From Octopus sinensis (taxonomy: Eukaryota), in NCBI RefSeq assembly GCF_006345805.1, contig NC_043009.1, forward strand, positions 41,106,001-41,170,000: DNA of 64,000 bases, written 5' to 3'. Positions 53,006 through 64,000 of this stretch are shown one piece after another. Position numbers and translations under genes: made by a program. Position 1 is the stretch's first letter. Each line of letters starts with the position of its first letter. The notes beneath the pieces were generated by a model. The model saw only the letters and a list, made by a program, of their open reading frames with translations, was not told the origin of the DNA and searched no databases.

Positions 53006-53467
53006 TAGCCTTAAGCACTCTCTCATATAATATAAATATAACATTAGCAATTAATTAACTACTTTATACAACAACAATATTAACGCTATCTTAGTCCTAT
53101 TGGATATGTCAGCTGGAAAATTTGCAGAGTCATTAGAGCACCTGACAGAGTGCTTTGCAGTATTTTATCACAGCCATCTACAGTCTGTGTTCAAATCTCA
53201 CCTGGGTCAATTTCATTTTTCATTTCTTAATAAACATAGTACCAGTCACGTACTGGGGTCAACTGCTACTACCACTGCATCTCCCTCTCTCCATATATAT
53301 ATATATACACACACATTGAGAGAAACAGACAGACAGAAGCAGGCAGGCAGACAGAAAGATATAGATAGCACATAGATATTGATGGTGACCTTCTGTACAG
53401 TTTTCATGAAGCAAATTTCAGTTACAAGGCATTGGTCAAACTGAGGCAATATTACAAGATACTTTAA

Positions 53468-53689
53468 CCCTTTCGTTACCAACCTGGCTGAAACCAGCTC
53501 TGGCTCTGAGTACAAATGTCTTGTTTTCATAAGTTTTGAATAAAAAAATCTCTCACCAAACCTTAGTCACAATTTATGTTTCTAACACTAGCTGAATGAT
53601 AACTAAGTTATTTTACTAAATTCTTTGTTATATTTAAAGTACTTGAAAGAAACACAGAGCATCTCAAAATAAATACAGTAATGAAAGGG
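53468..53689. mobile_element. piggyBac-like MITE (222 bp)
   Basis: TTAA at 53464-53467 and 53690-53693; TIR CCCTTTCGTTAC / GTAATGAAAGGG. Confidence 0.88.
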
Positions 53690-54048
53690 TTAAGGCATCA
53701 AGCTGTCAGAATTGTTACTACACCAGGGAAAATGTTTCACTGCAGTTCTTCCGACTGTACATTCTGAGTTCAAATTCCACCCAAGATCAACTTTGCCTTT
53801 CATCCTTCAGGGGTCAATAAGATAAGTACTGGTTGAGCAGTGGGGTTGATGTAATCGACTTACTCCCTCCCATGAAATTACAGGTTATTGTGCAAAAATC
53901 TGAAACCAATACTACAAGATACTTGCCCAAGATACCATGCAGTGGGTTTGAACCAAAATGCATTGGATTGTAAGCAAACTTATTAACCACTATGCTTGCA
54001 TTTAGACATACACACGCACACAGATGTATGTATGTGTATGTATGTATG

Positions 54049-54094
<46 letters not shown>

Positions 54095-54105
54095 CATACA
54101 TATAC

Positions 54106-54138
<33 letters not shown>

Positions 54139-55362
54139 ATATATATATACATATGAGGAAAAAGAGGTAATGAAAAAGCACATGTGAGAAAGAAAGAGAG
54201 AAAGAACAGAAGAGAGACTTAATATCAAAAATAACATTAAAAAAATGTAAAACTATAAAGCAAATTATAGAAAAAAACTGAATAAACTATAAAAGTATAT
54301 TTCTAAAGAACACTGACACAAACGAAGAAACGATGCCAAAACACTCATTATAATCAAAAGTCTGAGAGACGATTTTCTAATTCTTTTCTCTTTCTTTCTG
54401 TCCAGGTAGTCTGTTTGTCTGTGTTATGTAAGTGCCAATTCTTGTAGTGACAGAGCTGCATTAACACACTCCTTAAAGAACCAAACTCATCAGCTAAAAA
54501 CAAACATGAATGAATTAAATTAGAGACGGTGGTAGGGGTGGGTGGGTGGGTGGGAGGGCTGCAGCCTTTTGTATGAATAACTCATAATTAGCATCATCTT
54601 GTAGGCTTGCCTTTGTTTACACATATCGTTTAATATCCCAACAATTGGGACCTGCTATAATTGATGTTCTTGTTGTTGTTGTTATCATTATTATTCATGT
54701 TGTTATTGAAATAAGCTTGCCCCAACTCCATTCTTTTAGCTGCCAAAAGTATGTTTCCACAGTGTAGATGTGTAGGCATGCAAGCATTCCACTATGGATA
54801 GGCATCTCTAGCTGCAGTTTTGCTAAAACTATTAACATTCTAAAAACCAAAGCTAAACGGATTTTAAAAAAGAAAATACTTATAACAAAACTGATATTAA
54901 ATTAAGATTTTACGATATACTTTCATACCTTAACCTCTCATCACTTGGCATAAGACTATCTCCCTGAATAATACACTCCCTCACTTGAAGTGTTTTGTCA
55001 TGCAAGCTAATCAGATACCTCACTTGTGCTGGTGCCATGTAAAAAAAACCCTCTGTAACATGGCAGGTATTAGGAAGGGCATTCAGCTGTAGAGACTATA
55101 CCAAAACAGACACTGGAGTTTGGTACATCAGCTCCAGTCAAACCATCCAATCCATACCAACATGGAAAACAGACATTAAATAGTGATGATGATGAATGAA
55201 TGAATAAATGAATGATTTGTGAGGCCAATAAGGGTATAATTAAAAATGATAGTAATTAACTCATAAGTATATCTAAGATGCTGTGTTTTCCAGCAAGCAA
55301 GTTAATGTAGTATATAGTATAACCCTTTTGTTACCATATTCCTGGGGCCTACCAATACACAA

Positions 55363-55750
55363 GAAGACCCATACCTCACAGCAGAAGTGATAAGACTGAA
55401 CCTTCTGGTTGTCTAAAGCACCTATGGGGGTGCCACGTAAAAGCACCAAGGCAGAGATATGTAAAAGTGGCCATGCAGTGGAACGTAAAAGTGACCTTGT
55501 GGCAACATGTAAAAGCATTTGTGTGGCAACACATAAAAGCACCTGTTCAGTGCCATGTAAAAGCACCCATGTGGTGCTACATAAAAGTATTCAGCACACC
55601 CTGCGAAGTGGCTGGTTTTAGGAAGGGCATCCAGCCATTGAAACCAGGCCAAATCAGACTGGAGTCTGGTGCAGTCCACCCACTGACTTGCCAGCTTTGG
55701 TCAAGCTGTCTAACCCAAGCCAGTATGGACAATGGATGTTAAATGATGAT
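55363..55750 (+). mobile_element. Most complete family A copy, with about eight ~22-bp tandem units in its 5' half
   Basis: Repeated ca(c/t)(g/a)taaaag units at 55430-55590, followed by ggaagggcatccagcc...gttaaatgatgat. Confidence 0.8.
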
Positions 55751-55933
55751 TCCTATTAAAATACACCCCCTTTATTTCAATCAATTTTGAAAATAATGAA
55801 GAATGTAATAAAATAATTTGTCATTATTAAGCTGATGTTTGGAAATTTAAATTACCTTGAAGTTTTTACAGAAAATTTTAATTTAATCACTTTTTGAAGT
55901 AACTACATCCTACTGCTTTGCATTAGTGTACCT

Positions 55934-56167
55934 ATTTCTTTACTACCCACAAGGAGCTAAATACAGAGAGGAAAAAAAAACAAGAACAGACAAACGGATT
56001 AAGTTGATTATATCGACTCCAGTGCATAACTGGTACTTATTTAATTGACCCTGAAAGGATGAAAGGCAAAGTCGACCTCGGCAGAATTTGAACTCAGAAC
56101 ATAGCTGCAGACGAAATACAGCTACGCATTTCACCTGGCATGCTAACGTTTCTGCCAGCTAGCCGCC
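55934..56167 (-). mobile_element. Full-length SINE family B with 17-bp TSD (one mismatch)
   Basis: tttgca(t/g)tagtgtacct at 55917-55933 and 56168-56184. Confidence 0.9.
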
Positions 56168-56574
56168 TTTGCAGTAGTGTACCTTCACATTTAGTACACA
56201 GTGAAAATCTTTATCGAATATATTGCTCAAAAGTTATCTAGTTCAAATATAGTAAATTTTTCTAACTGCGGAGTAGAAGCAGCAACTTTAAAAGGAGGGC
56301 TAAGTTAACTTAAGTGCTCAAATGGCACTTATTTTACTGGCCTCCAAGTGGATGAAAGACAAATTTATCTTTGGCAAGATCTGAACTTAGGACATAAAAA
56401 GCAGAAGAAATACTGCTAAACACTTTCTCTGACACAGGAATGGTTCTACCAGTTTCCTGCCTTGAATATATAACATAATGATTAATAAACAGAATATATA
56501 TTGTCTATTTTATTGTAGCCATAGCAAGGTATCAGCAATTGTTTAGCCTATAATATCCAACCATTTTACAATGT

Positions 56575-56720
56575 ATTCTTCACAAGGGGCAGCCCAGTAC
56601 TGCCAGATACGATGAAAGGGTACACCAACATACCAAACATGATGAAGGGGTACCCAATACTGCATAACATAACGAAGGGGTACTCCAACACTGCTGGACG
56701 TAATGAAGGGGTGCCCTAAA
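56575..56720. repeat. Diverged ~30-bp minisatellite, about five units (atgaaggggtac core)
   Basis: Direct reading. Confidence 0.75.
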
Positions 56721-57143
56721 AAGGAAAAGTTCCAGAACCTCTGATCCAGAACTAAATTCTCCAAAGTGTTATTCATTTTCTGGAAAACAATAAAGCAGGA
56801 TTGACACAAAGGAAATTGGCTGTTATTTCTAGCACATTAAAGGACCACATAGATGCTCTCACTTTAAGCTCAATTAAGGCTGTTTTATGCAGCCACAGAC
56901 CTTAAAACTCCCAAACCAGCTTATGATGAGAGGAGACAAAAAAAAAAAAAAAAAGGGAAAAACGCACACACACACACATACACACACTCATACACAAACA
57001 CACATACGTACATAGACAGACGCAAACAAAACCATTATCGTGCTTACTATGAAACAATTGAGTGACTATAATGGATGGAATAAACAAGTGTGACAGTGAT
57101 GAGTGTGCATAATGTGTGAAGAAAGTATCTACTTCAGGTGGGT

Positions 57144-57257
57144 GACTACTACTACTACTACTACTATTACTGTGCTAACAACAATGACGACTACTACTAC
57201 TACTACTACAACAACAACTACTACCACAATCACTATAACTTTCACCACTACCACCAA

Positions 57258-57305
<48 letters not shown>

Positions 57306-58660
57306 CACAATCAATATAACTTTCACCACTACCACCCACCACCACTACTACTACTACTACAACTACCACAATCACTATAACTTTCACCACTACCACCAAC
57401 ACCACCACTACTACTACTACAACTACTACTACCACAATCACTATAACTTTCACCACTACCAACACCACCACCACTACAACTACTACTACAACTACCACAA
57501 TCACTATAACTTTCACCACTACCACCAACACCACCACTACTACTACTACTACAACTACCACAATCACTATAACTTTCACCACTACCCCCACACCACCACG
57601 ACTACTACCACTACAACTACCACAATCACTATAACTTTCACCACTAACCACCAACACCACCACTACTACTACAACTCCTACTACCACAATCACTATAACT
57701 TTCACCACTACCACCACCACCACCACTACTACTACTACTACAACTACCACAATCACTATAACTTTCACCACTACCACCAACACCACCACTACTACTACTA
57801 CAACTACTACTACCACAATCACTATAACTTTCACCACTACCACCACCACCACCACCACTACAACTACTACTACAACTACCACAATCACTATAACTTTCAC
57901 CACTACCACCAACACCACCACTACTACTACTACTACAACTACCACAATCACTATAACTTTCACCACTACCACCACCACCACCACTACTACTACTACTACA
58001 ACTACCACAATCACTATAACTTTCACCACTACCACCAACACCACCACTACTACTACTACAACTACTACCACAATCACTATAACTTTCACCACTACCACCA
58101 CCACCACCACTACTACTACTACTACAACTACCACAATCACTATAACTTTCACCACTACCACCAACACCACCACTACTACTACTACAACTACTACTACCAC
58201 AATCACTATAACTTTCACCACTACCACCACCACCACCACTACTACTACTACTACAACTACCACAATCACTATAACTTTCACCACTACCACCAACACCACT
58301 ACTACTACTACTACAACTACTACTACTACCACAATCACTATAACTTTCACCACTACCACCACCACCACCACTACTACTACTACTACAACTACCACAATCA
58401 CTATAACTTTCACCACTACCACCACCACCACCACTACTACTACTACTACAACTACCACAATCACTATAACTTTCACCACTACCACCACCACCACCACTAC
58501 TACTAGAACCACCAATAATACTACCACCACCACCATCTCCACTACTACTATGGGTACTATTATTACCACCACCACCACCACCACCACTACTACTACTACT
58601 ACTACTCTCACCACTACTACAACTACGCCCACCATCACCACCACCACCACCACCACCACC
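57144..58660. repeat. Triplet-based minisatellite: 20 copies of the anchor cacaatcactataactttcaccactac separated by variable (CAC/TAC/AAC)n
   Basis: Anchors counted by eye between about 57225 and 58480; unit about 60-70 bp. Confidence 0.95.
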
Positions 58661-58934
58661 ACCATAGTAGCTTTAGGCATTCACAGTGGTTAACTTGGAC
58701 ATTAGCAGAATACTGATTAAACATGCTACCAGTGACAAATGTAATGTCACATAGTAACACCTGAACCCACCCTTCCCTCTGCTAACTCCCTTCATTCTCT
58801 TTTTTTTTCTCTCTCTCTCTCTCTCTCTCTTCCTCATCCTCATCCTCTCTTTCTCAGCTATATGCACCATTAGAAAAAGAGGAAATCAAACATGAAAACA
58901 GTACAAAAACACACAAACATACATAAGACACAGA

Positions 58935-59096
58935 CTGATACATACATATATACACACATATAAAATATATATATATACATATATACACACATATAAAATA
59001 TATATATATACATATATACACACATATAAAAAATATATATATACATATATACACACATATAAAATATATATATATACATATATACACACATATAAA

Positions 59097-59110
<14 letters not shown>
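58935..59110. repeat. ~33-bp minisatellite built on an AT microsatellite, about five units
   Basis: catatatacacacatataaaatatatatatata repeated. Confidence 0.85.
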
Positions 59111-59154
<44 letters not shown>

Positions 59155-59789
59155 GTATGTATTTATGTATATTATACACACATGCATACATCTCACATAC
59201 ACATATACATACATGCACTTGCAAACATCTCTGTAAACACACACATACTCATACAGGTACACAGACACAAACACATACGCACAGGCACACCTGAACACAT
59301 ACAGACACAAATACACACACACACACACACACACACACATCCATCTGCACAAACGCACACATACAGAACGAGGACAAGTGGTTTTTCTGTTCTTTCAAAC
59401 CGAAATCCATTTACAGACGGAGCCGTGATCGCAGGAGACGGCATTTTGATCAATGAACCGTATCAAATGGAATGCATTGTTCACTCAGCACCATTTGCAG
59501 ATGCAGTGGATAAGAAAAAAAGATGGCAATCCACAATTTCCTGTTTGCAGAGAGGAAGTTTTAAAACAAACTTTATCAAATGACAAGAGATGATAATGTA
59601 TTGCCATTAAATATCAGTCTGGTGAAAGACAGACCGATGCTGCGGTAATAACATTGCCAGACAATCGCATTTAGAGAAAAGCACCGGAGGCGGCTGGTGG
59701 CAGGGGCCGTACTGAATCTACAGACTTAATTGAACTTGGGCATTTTACTTCTAATTAATGCAAAGCATGTTTGTTGTTCCTTAAAATTG

Positions 59790-59940
59790 TAGAGAGAGAG
59801 AGACTAGAGGCAGCCAGAGAGAGAGAGAGACTAGAGGCAGCCAGAGAGAGAGAGAGACTAGAGGCAGCCAGAGAGAGAGAGAGAGAGAGACTAGAGGCAG
59901 CCAGAGAGAGAGAGAGAGACTAGAGGCAGCCAGAGAGAGG
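59790..59940. repeat. Five copies of CTAGAGGCAGCCA separated by variable (GA)n
   Basis: Direct reading. Confidence 0.9.
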
Positions 59941-60721
59941 AAGAGGCAGAGAGTGAGAGAGGGAGAAAGGAAATGCACATTAACAACAGAGAAGTTAGAT
60001 TGAGGAGGAGGCTAGTAATGGTCACATGTGGAAGAGGAAAGAATTCCATTGGAAGAAAGAGGAGAGAGAGAGAGAGAGAGGGATACGAGTGAGGTGAAAG
60101 TTTACAATGAAATAAGTCAAATTACATTAAAGGTTAAGTTCATATAAAACTTGCACATTAGAGCAGAAGGACTTGATAGTATGCTGGTTGATAGAGAGGA
60201 CAGCAAACTTTGGAATCTGCCGGTGAAAAAGATAGAAGAAGCTGTGATGTGGAAGCGCTGGGACACTACTGACCACATGGTCAGAAGATCAAATTTTGAA
60301 ATTTTAAAAGACAGCTGCTTTCAGTCAGTCAGCTCTTGTCCAAGGTTCCTCACCCTATCGCAAGATTTTATGGGGGTCAATGACAGAAAGAGCCTGGAAA
60401 AAAACTTCCAAATGAAGAAACAACTGCTCCAAAAAAAAGGTAAACAATCCATAAAATCAATGCAAGAAGAAGAAATTAATGTAAAAATATTGTGATTTCT
60501 TTGTATGGCCATGTGTGTGCTTGAGTGTATGAATGTGTGCATGTGAATGTATGTGCAAGGGTGTATGTGTACATCCCTGCATTTATGTGCATGTGTGCAT
60601 GGGGGTGTATATATATTTGTGTGGGTGCATGCACACACACTTCCTCTTTACACAAGAACATAATTGCTATTCTTTCAGGGAAGAACATAATACTATGAAA
60701 AATGAAAAAAATAGATAAATA

Positions 60722-60778
<57 letters not shown>

Positions 60779-61217
60779 TTTCGTTTTTGGATTTGGTTTG
60801 CAAGATTCTTGGTGACGTCATTAAGTTTAGGCCATTCTATATTTTTGTTCTCGTTTTTCTCCGACTAGGAATGTATTCCTTTATTGACACCATGATGACT
60901 TCTTCATCAGCCATCTTTAACTGAATAAAGGAAACAGCAAAATATTATTTTTTTCCGAAAGTTGTTAAGATTCAAAAGAATATTGATGCACACCCCTTGT
61001 AAAACAGGGGGTGTTTCTAAACAAAAATATTATCTGTGAAGTCCAGACACTCTCGGAAATGCAATGCTAACAATAAAATGAAAATATGGGGCCTAAGAAG
61101 GCTGAAAAGATTACAAACACTATTTCAATTTATGGAGCTTCAAATTTCCATGACTTTACAGTATGGCGGCCATAGTAATAATAATAATAATAGTAATGAT
61201 GATGATGATGATAATAA

Positions 61218-61778
61218 TATAAATGCCCTGATGCAGTAAAAGGCAGTGGCTCTCGTGGCTTCTGATCTTAACTGATTGGAAGTGTTATCATGTACATTGT
61301 TTTATCTTGGTATAAAAGATGGGCTACAGCAAATATTCTGCTCAATACCAAAGATTTGCTTGTCAGTTGTTTGACATTAACAAGTTGAGCATGTCCCTTA
61401 GTGGCTGACGATATGTGCATCTCTGATCACGAGCAGAAGTGGTGGGGAAGCATCATAGCCATGTGCTGAGAGGGATTCTTTGGGGTTTGAATAATTCAAC
61501 TCTGGAAACATGGGTGTTTCGTTCAACATCCATAAACAACCCTTATTCGGGGACCTTTTGAGCAGGATGGGTTACTTGACCTGAAAAGAATTCTAACTAG
61601 GCCCCACCTGCAAGGTCATGTGCTGTTTATCTTGATATGAGATCACCATGTCGCAAACATATGATTGTGATGCATGTGCCTAGTGTACCCTCATCAGATG
61701 GGTAGTCATGATGGGTATACTGGGCTTCGTATATTATACCCCAGTGTCACTTTGATGGCATGCACTGCTCTCTCACTC
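61218..61778 (+). mobile_element. ~560-bp (AAT)n-flanked interspersed element, copy 2
   Basis: Colinear with 17272-17817. Confidence 0.8.
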
Positions 61779-61829
<51 letters not shown>

Positions 61830-61831
<2 letters not shown>

Positions 61832-61910
61832 TATAGACAAATGGTTGAAGGAGATTCAAACTGAATGTCCTGTAGAGCTTTTACAGAAACTTTGCCTCTT
61901 AGGGACAGGA
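61830..61910 (+). mobile_element. Short C-terminal fragment of a probable RLE-type (R4/Dong-like) LINE ORF
   Basis: NIDKWLKEIQTECPVELLQKLCLLGTG resembles the recalled LQK.xLLGT C-terminal motif; directly follows an (AAT)n tract. Confidence 0.5.
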
Positions 61911-62789
61911 AAGACCTCAAATTTTGGTACAAGGCCAGCAATTTTAGGGAAGAGGCAAAGTTGATTACACTGACCCCAGTGTTCAGTTGGTACTTATTTT
62001 ATTGACTCCCAAAAGGATAAAAGGCAAAATTGATCACAACAGAATTTGAACTATGTACATGAAGGTGGATGAAATGCTGCTCAGATTTTGCCTGGCGTTG
62101 GGACCAGAAAGATTATCAGGAGGGTTTTAAGCACTTGAAAGACTATATAGAAAGCTTGTGGATATATAAGGTTAGCGTTTGAAACTTGCTACCCACATAA
62201 ATTCTACAAGGAATAAGAACAAACCTGAATCAAATCAAAAATAATGATGATAGCTACGATGATGACGGTGATGAAAATTAAGATAATAAAAATAATAATA
62301 ATTATAAGGTTGTTTGTCGGGTGAAAGTGTTAACTCTGTAAAAGGTGTATACATGTTGCTGCTGCAGTGTAAATCAGTGGAATTCTACATAAATTCAGAG
62401 TCAAAAGGAAATCTTCTTTTAATTCTCACAGCAGTTATTGTGTCACAACTTAACAGAATAATTCTCGATATCAAAGTAACGGCATTGTCATCATACACTC
62501 TGCTGATTCCATGCAGCAGAAAAAAAAAAAAAATAAATAAATAAATAAATAAATAACGGTAAAGTTTTAATGGTTTTAACCAAAAACAGAACAGAGTAAA
62601 GCAGCTTTAGCACTAATTGATGTCTGTGTTTATTATTTATTGCCTCAGTATGAACGGAACGCGAAGGGCTGAAGAAGAAGAAGAAGAGCTAATGCAAAGC
62701 ATACAATTGAGACAAGAATGTGGATAAAACGAGAAGATAAGTAATGATTATATGCATGACTGTATGCATCTATGTGTGGATATGTACAT

Positions 62790-62874
62790 ATATTTGTGAT
62801 TATATATATATGCATATATATATATATATGCATATATATATATATATATATATGCATATATATATATATATATA

Positions 62875-62914
<40 letters not shown>

Positions 62915-63043
62915 TATATATATATATATATATGTATATATATCTATATATATATATCTATATATATATCATATATATATGTATGTATATGCATATGTAT
63001 GTATATGTATATGTATGTATATATATGTATATATATATATAAT

Positions 63044-63097
<54 letters not shown>

Positions 63098-63149
63098 GTA
63101 TATATGTATATATATATATGTATATATATATATGTGAATATATATATCT

Positions 63150-63205
<56 letters not shown>

Positions 63206-63316
63206 TATATATATGTAAATATATGAGTGTGTGAGGGCGGTTGTATGTATAGATATATACATATGTGGGTGGAAGTATTGTGTGCATGTGTGTATCGATA
63301 TATATATATATATATC

Positions 63317-63347
<31 letters not shown>

Positions 63348-63350
63348 TAC
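62790..63350. repeat. Long compound (AT)n-based microsatellite
   Basis: Direct reading. Confidence 0.9.
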
Positions 63351-64000
63351 ATACATATTTGTGCATGCAGGGGTGTGTGTGGATATATGTATGCATATGC
63401 ATGAATGTGTTTGTTTGCGTGTGTGTATGTATGTACGTACATGTTTGTATAGATAAGTGTGCCCGTTTTTAAGACGTGTATATCATATAGCTTCTCTCTA
63501 AACTCTTATCTGTTATCCCCTGAAGCTCAGGATTAAGAAGCAAGCCGCACAAGTGCGCTTAAGCCAAAAGGATAATGACAAAAGTAAAAAAGACGTAGAA
63601 ATGCGAATAATAAATGAAAGAGAAAGCGACAAAAGAGAGAATATTGCAATAAAACCAAAAAAAAAACCAAAAAAAAAGCAAAATGTAGATACAGATGTAC
63701 ACAAAAACAAAAATATAAAAAAACAACAACAACAACACAAAAATGGAAAACGGTACAAGAATGGAACCAGAGCAACAGTAGTAATTCAATGACTAGATGA
63801 TGTACGTTTAAGGTCAACATCAAAACTTACTCAAAGAATAAACATGAATAAGCTGATCGCAAGCCAGCATTGTCTTATTAGGAAAGATTTTTAACTTCCA
63901 AAAACTCAAAGAGAAGGATAAAGACAAAACGAAACAACAAACAAAAGAACCATCCATAATTTGCAATAATTTGCAATAATTTACATTTATGCTAAAATAT

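Noticed and set aside
57103-58680. 467-aa (+) and 501-aa (-) ORFs as real genes
   Set aside because: They arise from stop-free triplet repeats, switch residue type at slippage frameshifts, and show no domain or convincing splice context.
1223-63823. The many I/Y/C/V/H/T-rich ORFs in the supplied track
   Set aside because: They are translations of (AT)n, (GT)n, (CT)n and triplet microsatellites, often with non-ATG starts, and carry no protein motifs.
63825-63880. Minus-strand GTAAGT donor as an upstream BCAT exon
   Set aside because: In phase 0, as required by the 46467 acceptor, the last codon is TGA; no BCAT similarity.

Overview
AT-rich, microsatellite-dense animal DNA, most likely an octopus (coleoid cephalopod) genome; this is inferred from the tRNA-headed and CORE-like SINE families, not from a database search. 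I found one recognisable protein-coding exon: a 201-nt, phase 0-0 exon of branched-chain amino acid aminotransferase (BCAT) on the minus strand at 46267-46467, colinear with human BCAT1 exon 3. I could not find its neighbouring exons, so most of the window is probably giant BCAT introns. The rest is interspersed repeats: several SINE families, TTAA-flanked piggyBac-like MITEs, two Tc1/mariner remnants, an internally deleted Helitron, a Helentron-like element, a Penelope-type repeat with a degenerate hammerhead ribozyme, an (AAT)n-associated element, palindromic elements and mini/microsatellites. Most interesting: (i) a full-length 5S rRNA sequence joined to a SINE tail inside a TTAA-flanked MITE, itself inside a SINE (50922-51344); (ii) a templated fold-back inverted insertion flanked by 13-bp direct repeats (13332-14008), with its apparent donor about 2 kb away; (iii) inverted SINE pairs bracketing the stop-free BCAT exon; (iv) a triplicated 136-bp hairpin-bearing unit. 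Almost all ORFs in the supplied track are microsatellite artefacts. Repeat boundaries are read by eye and are approximate unless TSDs or TIRs are quoted.
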